A stretch of 64,000 nucleotides of DNA from Candidatus Eiseniibacteriota bacterium. Lineage in GTDB: Bacteria; Eisenbacteria; RBG-16-71-46. Positions 9,349 through 18,704 of this stretch are shown piece after piece. The notes under the pieces are model-generated. The model did no database searches and was not told where the DNA came from. It saw only the letters and a program-made list of their open reading frames with translations. The number at the start of each line of letters is the position of its first letter. The stretch's first letter is position 1. The DNA lies in NCBI GenBank assembly GCA_963776245.1, contig CAVZLN010000003.1:832001-896000 (forward strand). Direction: 5' to 3'. A program made the translations under genes and the position numbers.

Positions 9349-10570
9349 GTGCGCGTCCTGTTCGTCAACGCGTTCCACTGGCTGAAGGGTGGCGTCGAAC
9401 GCACCGTCTTCGACGAGACCCGCTGGCTTGTCGGCCGCCGGCCACGAGGTCGGCCACCTGGCCACCCGCGATCCGCGCAATGCGCCCAGTCCGACCGCGG
9501 AGTTCTTCGCCCCGGCGGCGGACTTCGGCGAGGGCGCGCCGGTGCTCCCGCAGCTCGCCCGTCTGCCCGCTGCCCTGTGGTCGCGCGAGGCCGCGGCCTG
9601 CATGCGGCGGCTGCTCGAGCGCTGGCGTCCCGACGTGGCCCACATCCACGCGCCGAGCCGCTACCTGAGTCCCTCGGTGCTGCGCCCGCTCGAGTCGCGG
9701 GGCATCCCGATCGTGATGACGCTGCACGACTTCAAACCGTGGTGCACCAACCGGCTGCTGTACGCGCACGGCGCGCCGTGCGAGCGCTGTCGCGGCGGCC
9801 GGCACTGGCGGTCGTTCGCCACCGGCTGCGTGCAGGGCTCGCGCGCGAAGAGCGCGGTCGCGACCCTCGAGGCCTATCTCCACGAAGCGGTGGGCGCGTA
9901 CCGCGCGGTGCGGCTGTGGATCGCCCCGTCGCGCTTCGTCGCGGACATGGCGGCCTCGCTCGGCGCGCGACCCACCAACCTGCGCGTGCTGGCGCACGGT
10001 GTGGAGCGGCCGGTGCCCGCGACCGCGGCGCAGACGGACCCGCACGACCCCTTCGCGCTGTTCTTCGGCCGGCTCTCCGAGGAGAAGGGCGTGCGCCTGC
10101 TGCCGGCGGTGGCGCGCGCCATCGCGCCGGCGACGCTGGTGGTGACCGGCGACGGTCCGCTGGCGGACTGGCTCCGCCGCGCCGGGGAGCCGAACGTGCG
10201 GATGCTCGGGCGCGTCGACGACGCGCGGCTGGCCGCCCTGCGCGCCACCGCGAGCGTGGTGGTGATCCCGAGCCTGTTCTACGAGGCCTTCGGCTACAGC
10301 GCGGCCGAAGCGCTGCTGGACGCGCGCCCGGTGGTGGCGTCGCGCATCGGGGCGCTGCCCGAGCTGGTCGAGCACGAGGTGACCGGGCTGCTCGCCCCCG
10401 CGGGCGACGCGCAGGCGTTCGCCGCGGCCACGCAGCGGGCGCTCGGCAGCGAAGAGGCGCGGCGCTGGGGCGCCGCCGGCCGGGAGCGGGTGGCCGCGCT
10501 CACCGAGCCCGCGCGCCACGTCGAGGGGCTGGTCGGGATCTATCGCGAGGCGATCGCCGCGACGCGCTGA
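9349..10570 (+). pseudogene. GT4 glycosyltransferase with +1 frameshift near 9428 (pseudogene or sequencing error)
   Basis: GTG 9349 gives MRVLFVNAFHWLKGGVERTVFDETRWL, continuing in another frame as SAAGHEV...TLHDF...FFGRLSEEKG...PSLFYEAFGYSAAEA. Confidence 0.8.
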
Positions 10571-10655
10571 GCCCGCCGCGGGGGGCGTCTCCGGGAATCG
10601 CCCGACCGTCGATCCTCCCCGGTGTCCCGGCGGGGTGGGATGCCCGCCCGCCCGG

Positions 10656-11228
10656 CTATCGCTGCCGGCCGGACTCCCAGGCTTCGACGTCCGGCTCGAG
10701 CGCCACGCCGAGCGCCAGCACCATGCGGTTCGCGTAGGCGAAGTACGCCGCGATCGACAGCGCGCGCACGATCGCCGCGTCGTCGAAGCCGTACTCGCGC
10801 AGGCGCTCGACATCCTCGCGCTTGCGCTCGTCGGGCTCGCAGGTGAGCGCCACCGCGGCGTCCATCAGCACGCGGTCGCGCGCGGTGAGGTTGGCCTCGC
10901 GGTAGTCGAGCGCCACCGCTCGCGCCAGCGCCTCGTCGCCGAGCGCCCGCGCCAGCCGCGGACCGTGATGGGCCACGCAGTACGCGCATCCGTTGGTGGC
11001 CGACACCACCACCGCGATCATCTCGGCCTGGGCGTGGGTGAGCGGCGCCGGATCGTCGAGCAGCGCGCGCGCGTGGGCGAAGCCGGCCTCGAGCCCGCGC
11101 GGGTCGAGCGCGAGGCTCTGCCACAGGTGAGCCACGCGGCCACGCGACGAGCGGCTGGCGATGGCGCGGTAGAGGGTCTCGAGCGCTCCGGACGCCGCGC
11201 CGGGCGGGATGCTGCGGGTCCACGACAT
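10656..11228 (-). CDS. AhpD/carboxymuconolactone decarboxylase family peroxidase-related enzyme
   Basis: EMIAVVVSATNGCAYCVAHH; FAYANRM. Confidence 0.88.
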   Translation of the reverse strand: MSWTRSIPPGAASGALETLYRAIASRSSRGRVAHLWQSLALDPRGLEAGFAHARALLDDPAPLTHAQAEMIAVVVSATNGCAYCVAHHGPRLARALGDEALARAVALDYREANLTARDRVLMDAAVALTCEPDERKREDVERLREYGFDDAAIVRALSIAAYFAYANRMVLALGVALEPDVEAWESGRQR

Positions 11229-11256
11229 GGGCGGTTCCTCGGGTGACGGCTCGCGC

Positions 11257-11285
11257 ACTCTAGGCACGCCGCACGCGACGGTCAA
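11257..11285 (-). promoter_or_regulatory. Sigma70-type promoter for AhpD-like gene
   Basis: TTGACC-N17-TAGAGT on minus strand. Confidence 0.55.
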
Positions 11286-11453
11286 CGCGCGCCATCCTGC
11301 GTCGGCGAAGTCGTGGGAGGAGTCCGGCGGCCGCTGGCCTGGCCGAGGGCGCGATTCCGCCCGCGCCGCCGGCGGGGGACGCGCATCTGAAGGGCACACG
11401 GCCGGCGGCTCCGCCCGCGCTCCGGAACGCAGCGCGCCGGGCGGTCGCGGTGG

Positions 11454-11483
11454 TTGACAGTGCGAGAAGGCGGGGACTAACTT
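11454..11483 (+). promoter_or_regulatory. Sigma70-type promoter for sod-bcp
   Basis: TTGACA-N18-TAACTT. Confidence 0.5.
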
Positions 11484-11550
11484 GAGTGTCCTCCCACGCG
11501 CCGAGTCACGGGGCGGTCCCTCGTCCGCCCATCCCTTCAGGAGGTTCCCC

Positions 11551-12165
11551 ATGGCATGGAAGAAGCTCGAACCCAGGACGTTCGCGTCCATCCGCGAACT
11601 CAAGGGCATCAGCGCCCGCACCAACGAAGAGCACTACGAGCTCTACAAGGGCTACGTGGGCAAAGTGAACGAGATCCAGGGCCGCCTCGACGGCGTGGAC
11701 CGCGCCGCGGCGAACCAGATCTACAGCGACTATCGCGCGCTGCGGGTGGACCTGTCGTTCGCCATCGGCGGCGTGAAGAACCACGAGATCTATTTCGGAC
11801 ACCTCGGTGGCGAGGGGGGCCGGCCCGCGGGCCGGCTGCTCGATCTGATCAACCGTGACTTCCCCTCGTACGACACGTGGCTCCAGGACTTCAAGGCCTG
11901 CGGCATCGCGGCGCGCGGGTGGGTGTGGCTCGCGTACGACCACGACTGGAACACGCTGACGACGGTCCTCGGCGACGCGCAGAACACGTTCCCGGTCTGG
12001 AACGCGACCCCCATCCTGGCGCTCGACACCTACGAGCACGCGTACTGGATCGACTACGGCCGTGCGCGCGCGAAGTACATCGACGCGTTCTTCAACAACC
12101 TCGACTGGAACGTCGTGGCGGCCAATCTGGACAGGGCGCTCGCCATGCAGGCGGTCCAGAAGTAG
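11551..12165 (+). CDS. Fe/Mn superoxide dismutase
   Basis: EEHYELY, NHEIYF, GWVWL, LDTYEHAYWIDY; AGGAGG RBS. Confidence 0.93.
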   Translation: MAWKKLEPRTFASIRELKGISARTNEEHYELYKGYVGKVNEIQGRLDGVDRAAANQIYSDYRALRVDLSFAIGGVKNHEIYFGHLGGEGGRPAGRLLDLINRDFPSYDTWLQDFKACGIAARGWVWLAYDHDWNTLTTVLGDAQNTFPVWNATPILALDTYEHAYWIDYGRARAKYIDAFFNNLDWNVVAANLDRALAMQAVQK

Positions 12166-12244
12166 AGATCCACGACCACGGGGACGGCCGCGCCGTCCCC
12201 CGAGCCGGGCTCCCATGGGGGCCCGGCCCGTTTTCGGAGGATGC

Positions 12245-12727
12245 ATGGCCACCAGCCAGATGCCGGTCGTCATCGGACGGACCGCACCCGATTTCGCGCT
12301 GCCGTCCACCACCGGCGAGACCATCACGCTCAAGCAGTTCAAGGGGAAGAAGACGGTGATCCTGTACTTCTACCCCAAGGACGAGACGCCCGGCTGCACC
12401 AAGGAGGCGTGCGGGTTCCGCGACCTGACGGCCGAGTTCGAGAAGCTCGGCACGGTGATCCTCGGGGTCTCGAACGACCCGATGGAGTCCCACCTCGCGT
12501 TCCGCGACAAGCACAAGCTGCCGTTCCCTCTGCTCTCCGACGAGGACGCCACGGTGTCGAAGCAGTTCGGCGTCTACAAGCAGAAGAACCTCTACGGCAA
12601 GAAGTACATGGGCATCGAGCGCACCACGTTCGTCATCGACCGCACCGGGCGCATCGCGCAGATCTACCCCAAGGTGAAGGTCGTGGGCCACGTGCAGGAC
12701 CTGCTGGGGTTCCTGGGCGAGGACTGA
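12245..12727 (+). CDS. bcp: Thioredoxin-dependent peroxiredoxin (BCP/PrxQ)
   Basis: APDFALP, YFYPKDETPGCTKEACGFRD, GIERTTFVID. Confidence 0.93.
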   Translation: MATSQMPVVIGRTAPDFALPSTTGETITLKQFKGKKTVILYFYPKDETPGCTKEACGFRDLTAEFEKLGTVILGVSNDPMESHLAFRDKHKLPFPLLSDEDATVSKQFGVYKQKNLYGKKYMGIERTTFVIDRTGRIAQIYPKVKVVGHVQDLLGFLGED

Positions 12728-12792
12728 GCGCCCGGGCGCTCCCGGCGTTCGCCTCGCCGGGCGCGCCGCAGGCCGGTCCGCGCGAGGGCGCC

Positions 12793-13437
12793 ATGGACCA
12801 CGAGCCGCGGCAGCCGGTGCCGGTGCTTCCACTCCGGGACATGGTGCTCTTCCCCGGCGCGCTGGCCTGCGTCCAGGTCCTCGACCTGCGCCATCGCGCT
12901 CTGGTGCGCGAGGCGCTCGCCACCGAGCGCATGCTGGCGCTCGCGGTGCTGAAGCCGGGCTTCGAGCGCGAGCCCCGTGGCGGCCCGGAGTTCCACGCGC
13001 TCGGCTGCCTCGCGCGCTTCGACGAGGTCGAGTGGCTGCCCAACGACGGCTTCGATGTGCGCGTGCGCGGGCTGGTGCGCGTGCGGTTCGAAGCGGTGGC
13101 GCGTGAGTTCCCGTACCCCGCGGCACGCGTCCGCGTGCTGCCGCAGGCGCCCTACACCGAGGACGACCCGCTGGTGACGAGCGAGCGCCGTGCCCTGCTC
13201 GACGCCTGGGGACGGCTGGAGCACGAGCCGCTCGAGCCCTCGCTGCGGGCGCCGGCCGACGCCGCCACGTACGAGGCGCTCGTGAACGCGGCGTGCATGG
13301 CGGTGCCGGCGACCCCCGAGGAGCGACTGGCGTGGCTGGCGCTGGACAGCGTGCTCGAGCGCGGCCACCGCGTGCGCGAGAGGATGGCGCACGGGCCCCC
13401 GCCGCCGCCGCAACCACCGCGCGGGGACCGCAACTAG
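12793..13437 (+). CDS. Stand-alone LON peptidase substrate-binding (N-terminal) domain protein
   Basis: VPVLPLRDMVLFPG, GC.ARF..VE.LP.DG...V.VRG..RVR; no AAA or protease domain. Confidence 0.82.
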   Translation: MDHEPRQPVPVLPLRDMVLFPGALACVQVLDLRHRALVREALATERMLALAVLKPGFEREPRGGPEFHALGCLARFDEVEWLPNDGFDVRVRGLVRVRFEAVAREFPYPAARVRVLPQAPYTEDDPLVTSERRALLDAWGRLEHEPLEPSLRAPADAATYEALVNAACMAVPATPEERLAWLALDSVLERGHRVRERMAHGPPPPPQPPRGDRN

Positions 13438-13439
13438 GC

Positions 13440-13692
13440 AGGAAGCATTGATGCGCTGCTTCACGAACCGAGCGTGGAGTCCCCCGATCCCGCAGCCACT
13501 CGGCCGATCCACAGCGCATCAACGACCCGGCGATGCAGCGCGTGAACTCCAGAGCCGACGGCCCGGTGACGCCCCGCATCGGGAATCCAAGACACCCGTG
13601 GGCGGCGTCACAGCACCACGCGCCGGGGAACGGGGAAGGACCGTATGCGGCGCGAGGACCCATCGAGTCGGAGGGGAGGGATCACCGACTCG
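13440..13692 (-). ncRNA. Candidate ~250-nt structured non-coding RNA (family unknown)
   Basis: Three consecutive hairpin domains downstream of a TTGCAT-N18-TATCGT motif (13699-13728); no credible ORF. Confidence 0.4.
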
Positions 13693-13832
13693 CGCCAAAC
13701 GATAGAGAAACGTCCATGAGGTATGCAAGAGAAAACGCTCGTCGCCGTCCAGAATCGGCGGCCCGACGCGGCGCGGACACCTCCCGGCACCGGCTTGGCA
13801 GGCCCCGGGCGCCCGTCTAGACTGCGGGCACC

Positions 13833-15248
13833 ATGCGCTTCCCGGCCGAGCCTTTCCGCATCAAGGTGGTGGAACCCCTGCGCCGCGTCTCCCGCGAGGA
13901 GCGCGAGCGCCTGATCCTCGAGGCCGGGCTCAACATCTTCGCGGTGCCCGCGGACAGCATCTACGTGGACCTGCTCACCGACAGCGGCACCTCGGCGATG
14001 AGTGACCACCAGTGGGCCGGCCTGATGATGGGCGACGAGTCCTACGCCGGCTCGAAGAACTTCTATCACCTGCGCGACACCGTCCGCGAGATCTTCGGCT
14101 ACCCGCACGTCATCCCCACGCACCAGGGGCGGGTCGCCGAGAACCTGCTCTTCACCACCGTGCTCAAGCCCGGCGACGTGGTGCCGAACAACATCCACTT
14201 CGACACCACCCGCGCCAACGTCGAGCACCAGGGCGCCGAGGCGCGCGATCTCGTCATCGATGAGGGCCTCGATCCCACGCTGGAGCACCCCTTCAAGGGC
14301 AACCTCGACCCGGTCAAGCTGGAACGCACCCTCGCCGAGCTCGGGCCGCGCGTGCCGCTGGTGATGCTCACCGTCACCAACAACTCGGGGGGCGGCCAGC
14401 CGGTGTCGATCGCCAACGTGCGCGCGGTGCGCGCGGTGTGCGACCGCCACCACGTGCCGCTGTTCTTCGACGCCTGCCGCTTCGCCGAGAACTGCTGGTT
14501 CATCCAGCAGCGCGAGCCGGGCTACGCGGACAAGTCCATCCGCGAGATCGCGCGGGAGATGTTCTCGTACGGCGACGGATGCACGATGAGCGCGAAGAAG
14601 GACGGCCTGGTGAACATCGGAGGCTTCCTGGCCCTGAAGGACCCCGAGTGGACCGAGCGCATCACCAACCTGCTCATCCTCATCGAGGGCTTCCCGACCT
14701 ACGGCGGCCTCGCCGGCCGCGATCTCGAGGCGGTCGCGCGCGGGCTCCAGGAGGTGCTGAACGAGGACTACCTCACCTTCCGCATTACCCAGGTCGCCCA
14801 CCTCGGCGAGCTGATGACCGCGGGCGGGGTGCCGATCGTGAGGCCGGTGGGCGGGCACGCCGTGTACCTCGACGCGCGCCGCTTCCTGCCGCACGTGCCG
14901 CAGTCCCAGTTTCCCGGCCAGGCGCTGGTGGTGGCGCTCTACCGGGAGTTCGGCATCCGCGCGGTCGAGGTGGGGAGCCTGATGTTCGGCCACAGGGACC
15001 CCGCGACCGGCGCCGACGTGTGGCCGCGCCTCGATCTGGTGCGGCTCGCCGTCCCGCGCCGGGTGTACACCACCGAGCACATGCGCTACGTCGCCGAGAG
15101 CGTGGTGTCGCTGTACCGCGATCGCGAGCGCCTGCGCGGGCTGCGCATCGTGCACGAGGCGCCGATGCTGCGGCACTTCACCGCCCGCCTCGAGGAGCTC
15201 GAGCCCGCCCCGGCGTTCGCCGGCGGCACGGCTCCATCCGCGCGCTGA
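13833..15248 (+). CDS. tnaA: Tryptophanase (beta-eliminating lyase)
   Basis: EPFRIKVVE, DLLTDSGT, GDESYAGS, MSAKKD (PLP Lys); C-terminal LRHFTARL has His as in tryptophanase rather than the LRFF of tyrosine phenol-lyase. Confidence 0.88.
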   Translation: MRFPAEPFRIKVVEPLRRVSREERERLILEAGLNIFAVPADSIYVDLLTDSGTSAMSDHQWAGLMMGDESYAGSKNFYHLRDTVREIFGYPHVIPTHQGRVAENLLFTTVLKPGDVVPNNIHFDTTRANVEHQGAEARDLVIDEGLDPTLEHPFKGNLDPVKLERTLAELGPRVPLVMLTVTNNSGGGQPVSIANVRAVRAVCDRHHVPLFFDACRFAENCWFIQQREPGYADKSIREIAREMFSYGDGCTMSAKKDGLVNIGGFLALKDPEWTERITNLLILIEGFPTYGGLAGRDLEAVARGLQEVLNEDYLTFRITQVAHLGELMTAGGVPIVRPVGGHAVYLDARRFLPHVPQSQFPGQALVVALYREFGIRAVEVGSLMFGHRDPATGADVWPRLDLVRLAVPRRVYTTEHMRYVAESVVSLYRDRERLRGLRIVHEAPMLRHFTARLEELEPAPAFAGGTAPSAR

Positions 15249-15296
15249 GTCCGCGGCGCTCCCGCGCCCGCGGCGACGCCATTCGGAGGTCCGCTC

Positions 15297-16016
15297 ATGC
15301 CCACGTTCGATCGGGGATTCCGGCTCACCTGGCTCGGTCACGGCAGTTTCCGTCTCGACACGCGCGGCGGCCGCACCGTGCTGCTCGATCCGTGGGTGGA
15401 GGGCAACCCTTCGTGCCCGCCGGGAAGCAAGGTCTTCGAGCGCATCGACGTGATGACCATCTCGCACGGTCACGGCGACCACATGTCCGACGCGGTGACC
15501 CTGGCGAGGAAGTTCAAGCCCGCCATCGTGTGCAACTACGAGATCCACCTGTTCCTCAAGAACAAGGGGGTGGCGAACACCAGCCCGATGAACAAGGGGG
15601 GCACGCAGACCGTCGCGGGGCTCGGCTTCACCATGGTGCACGCCGTGCACTCGAGCGGCATCGAGGACGGCGGACAGGTGGTCTACGGCGGCGAGCCGTG
15701 CGGCTTCGTGATCACGCTCGAGGACGGCACGCGGATCTACCACGCGGGCGACACCGGCGCGCACATGGACATGGCGCTGATCGGCGAGCTGTACGCGCCC
15801 GAGATCGCCATCCTGCCGATCGGGGACCACTTCACCATGTCCCCGCGCGAGGCCGCCTACGCCGCCCGCATGCTCAAGCCGAAGTGGATCGTGCCCGCGC
15901 ACCACGGCACCTTCCCGCTGCTCACCGGCACCCCCGCGATGCTGCGGGCGGAACTGGCCAAGCTCGGCGTGGCGGCGCAGGTGGTGGCGCTCGCGCCGGG
16001 CGAGGCGGTGGGATGA
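15297..16016 (+). CDS. Metallo-beta-lactamase-fold hydrolase (UPF0173-like)
   Basis: WLGHGSF, SHGHGDH, HAVHSS, YHAGDT, LPIGDHFTM. Confidence 0.9.
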   Translation: MPTFDRGFRLTWLGHGSFRLDTRGGRTVLLDPWVEGNPSCPPGSKVFERIDVMTISHGHGDHMSDAVTLARKFKPAIVCNYEIHLFLKNKGVANTSPMNKGGTQTVAGLGFTMVHAVHSSGIEDGGQVVYGGEPCGFVITLEDGTRIYHAGDTGAHMDMALIGELYAPEIAILPIGDHFTMSPREAAYAARMLKPKWIVPAHHGTFPLLTGTPAMLRAELAKLGVAAQVVALAPGEAVG

Positions 16017-16789
16017 GCGCGCGCGCGCTGCCCAAGCGCGTGGCTGGAACGCTGATCTGCCTGTGGGCCGCGCTGCTGTCGGTGCAGATGCCGGTCGCCG
16101 GGTGTGCGCATCGGGCCGTGGAAGGCGACGTCGCGGACCCGAGAGCCCGCCAGGGGCTGGGGCTCAGCACCGTTCCCGAGGGCACTCAGTTACGTGTGAA
16201 GCTGCGCGACGGGACGCTCGTGCAAGGCGCGTACGACGGCATCGGACATCAGGCGCCCGACGAGTATGCTGCGGTCTACGACGCGTGGCGCGCCCGCGAT
16301 CCGCGGTCGGGCTGGCCGGCGCTCGGCGACAGCGTGCGTCTCGTCTCGCCGAATGACATCGTGCGCACGCGCGTCTTCGAGGGCTTCGACTGGGGCTCGG
16401 TGCGGGTGCACGCGGGCGCGGGGAGCGACGTCGTCCCGTTCGATGACCTGCGCGCGATCACCACCCTCACCGGGGCCACGTTCAGCGCCCCCATGCTGGC
16501 GGGCCTTCACGACAGCGGCTCACTCCCGCTCTCCGGGACGCTGCGACTGCGCACGCCGGGGAGGCTGGAAGGCGCGCGTGCGATCCCGCTCGACCGCATC
16601 GGCTCGCTCCAGGTCCGGCGTGACAACCAGTGGCAGACCGCGGCGGTCGTGCTGGGGCTGGTGGGCATGGCCGCGCTCGTGATCGCCAGCCGGCCGCCGC
16701 ACGTGGCGAGCGGGCCGGAATGCGACGGGCCGCCGCCCACGGTCTGGCAGCGGAACCCCGGTGCCGTGTCACCTGCACCATCACGCTAG
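16013..16789 (+). CDS. Hypothetical protein, possible lipoprotein with C-terminal TM segment
   Basis: ATGA overlap with upstream stop; hydrophobic N-terminus ending VAGC; hydrophobic AAVVLGLVGMAALVIA. Confidence 0.55.
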   Translation: MSARALPKRVAGTLICLWAALLSVQMPVAGCAHRAVEGDVADPRARQGLGLSTVPEGTQLRVKLRDGTLVQGAYDGIGHQAPDEYAAVYDAWRARDPRSGWPALGDSVRLVSPNDIVRTRVFEGFDWGSVRVHAGAGSDVVPFDDLRAITTLTGATFSAPMLAGLHDSGSLPLSGTLRLRTPGRLEGARAIPLDRIGSLQVRRDNQWQTAAVVLGLVGMAALVIASRPPHVASGPECDGPPPTVWQRNPGAVSPAPSR

Positions 16790-17928
16790 CTGGTCAGCAC
16801 CGCCAGCACGTCGTAGAGCGCGTGCACCACGATCACCACCGAGGTGCTGGTGCGCACGCGCAGGCCGCCGAGCAGCAGCCCGAACAGCAGGATGGTGAGC
16901 ATCCCGAACCACGAGTACTGCACGTGGAGCGCGGCGAACAGCGCCGAGGTCAGCACCAGCCCGAGCCGCGGCTGGAGCGCGCCGCGCAGGGTGAGTTCCT
17001 CGCCCACCCCGGCGGTCACGCCGAGCAGCAGCGCCTCGAGCGCCCCCATGTCCTTCGTCATCAGCGTGCCCATCGCGCGGTCCTGGGCCCACAGCGCGGG
17101 GAACCACGCTTGCTGCACGTGCTCGGCGCCACCATTGAGCAGGTAGAGCGCGCCCGCGCCGGTGCCCGCGAACAGCAGGTGGCCGAGGGTCAGGCGCTCG
17201 AGACCGAGACGCTGGAGCGTGCCGCGCAGGTCGCGGCGCACCAGGAAGCCCACGGCGGCGAGCGCGAGCAGGACCATGCCCACCAGTTGGCCGGCCAGCC
17301 CGGAGCGGGTGATCAGCCCTCCCGAGTCCTGCACGTAGCGCGCGAACTGGTCCCGCAGCAGCATCGATCCCGGGACCGCGAGCAGCAGCGCGCCGACCGC
17401 CAGTCGCATGGTGAGCCGCAGCGAGTGGGTCGGCGGGTCCTCGCGGAACAACCAGGTCGCGAGCGGGTCGCCGAACGGGCGCAGCGCCAGCAGCACGCAC
17501 ACGACCGCAGCGAGCCCACCGTAGACCGCCAGCAGGATCCGCAGGTGGCCGGCCAGCGGGCTCTGGAGCGCCAGCACGGCGATGCCGCCGAACACCAGCA
17601 CGCCGCCGGCGGGCACCACCCACGTGAGCGTCCAGTAGAGCAGACGCCAGCGCGGGTCGAGGTCGGCCACCTGTGCGGCGATGAACAGCCCGGCCAGCGC
17701 CACCAGCAGGGCCGCCTCGTAGATCCCGAGCAGCAGGCCACCGCCGCCGAACACCAGCAGGATCCCCAGCCACACGGTCAGACCGCGCGCGACGTCGGGC
17801 CCGCCGGGCGCCGGCGCGGGCGGCGCCGCGAACGGATCGGCCGCTGGCCCGCCCGGCTCCCAGCGCCCGCCGGCCGGGTGCCCGGCAGCGGGGGCCGAAG
17901 CGGGAGGCGCTTGATTCCACTCGTCCAT
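16786..17928 (-). CDS. CPBP (CAAX/Abi) family intramembrane protease
   Basis: GVGEELTLRG, LFAALHVQY, VVHALYD; many TM helices. Confidence 0.88.
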   Translation of the reverse strand: MDEWNQAPPASAPAAGHPAGGRWEPGGPAADPFAAPPAPAPGGPDVARGLTVWLGILLVFGGGGLLLGIYEAALLVALAGLFIAAQVADLDPRWRLLYWTLTWVVPAGGVLVFGGIAVLALQSPLAGHLRILLAVYGGLAAVVCVLLALRPFGDPLATWLFREDPPTHSLRLTMRLAVGALLLAVPGSMLLRDQFARYVQDSGGLITRSGLAGQLVGMVLLALAAVGFLVRRDLRGTLQRLGLERLTLGHLLFAGTGAGALYLLNGGAEHVQQAWFPALWAQDRAMGTLMTKDMGALEALLLGVTAGVGEELTLRGALQPRLGLVLTSALFAALHVQYSWFGMLTILLFGLLLGGLRVRTSTSVVIVVHALYDVLAVLTS

Positions 17929-17948
17929 CCAGCGAGCATAGGCAACCC

Positions 17949-18212
17949 ATGAACGACCGTCCACCGCTGACCGTCCAAGTGCTGTTCTTCGCGCAGGCGC
18001 GCGAGCGCGCGGGATGCGCCGCCCGGGCGCTCGCGCTGCCCGCGGGCAGCCGGGTGTCCGACGCGCTCGTCGTGCTGGCGCGCGAACACACGGCGCTCGG
18101 CCCGCTGTGGCCCCACCTCGCGGTGGCGGTGGACGGCGTGCTCGCGCGCCCCGACCTGGCGCTGGGCGATGGCGCCGAACTGGCGCTGCTCCCGCCGGTG
18201 AGCGGTGGATGA
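17949..18212 (+). CDS. moaD: Molybdopterin synthase sulfur carrier subunit
   Basis: VLFFAQARE; C-terminal PPVSGG. Confidence 0.92.
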   Translation: MNDRPPLTVQVLFFAQARERAGCAARALALPAGSRVSDALVVLAREHTALGPLWPHLAVAVDGVLARPDLALGDGAELALLPPVSGG

Positions 18213-18278
18213 GCGCGGTCCCGCGGGCACGGCCCGCGCTCGCCGCGCGCCCCGCGCGCCCGGCCCGGAGGATCGCCG

Positions 18279-18704
18279 GTGGCTGACCTGACGCACTCGC
18301 CGATCGACACCGCGCCGCTGCTGGCCGCCGCGGCGCGCCACGACCTGGGCGCGGTCGCCCTGTTCCTCGGCACCACGCGCGACCATCACGAGGGCCGGCG
18401 GGTCACGCGGCTGGAGTACGAGGCCTACGAGCCCATGGCGCTCGCGGCGCTGGCGGCCATCGAGGGCGCGGCGCGCGAGCGGTTCGCGATCGCGTCATGC
18501 GCGATCGTGCACCGCCTCGGCGAGGTGCCGCCGGCGGAGGCGAGCGTGGCGGTGGTGGTCGCCGCGGTCCACCGCGCTCCCGCGTTCGACGCCTGCCGCT
18601 GGGCGATGGACGAGCTCAAGCGCTCGGTGCCGATCTGGAAGCGGGAGCACTTCGCCGAGGGCGAGGCGCGCTGGGTCGAGGGCCGGCGCCTGGATCCGGA
18701 CTAG
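18279..18704 (+). CDS. moaE: Molybdopterin synthase catalytic subunit
   Basis: GAVALFLGTTR, LEYEAYEPMA, HRLG, HR..AF.AC, ELKRSVPIWKRE. Confidence 0.93.
   Translation: MADLTHSPIDTAPLLAAAARHDLGAVALFLGTTRDHHEGRRVTRLEYEAYEPMALAALAAIEGAARERFAIASCAIVHRLGEVPPAEASVAVVVAAVHRAPAFDACRWAMDELKRSVPIWKREHFAEGEARWVEGRRLDPD

Noticed and set aside
13540..13580. GTGAACTCCAGAGCCGACGG resembling FMN or SAM-I riboswitch fragments
   Set aside because: The remaining conserved aptamer segments are absent
13636..13660. CCGTATGCGG resembling group II intron domain V
   Set aside because: No complementary 3' arm, domain VI or RT gene
13716..13820. Short ORF upstream of tnaA as a TnaC-like leader peptide
   Set aside because: No Trp codon or TnaC-like motif; a TAGACT -10 lies just before the tnaA start
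16786..17928. CPBP 'Abi' protein as a phage-defence system
   Set aside because: The family name is historical; no defence-island context
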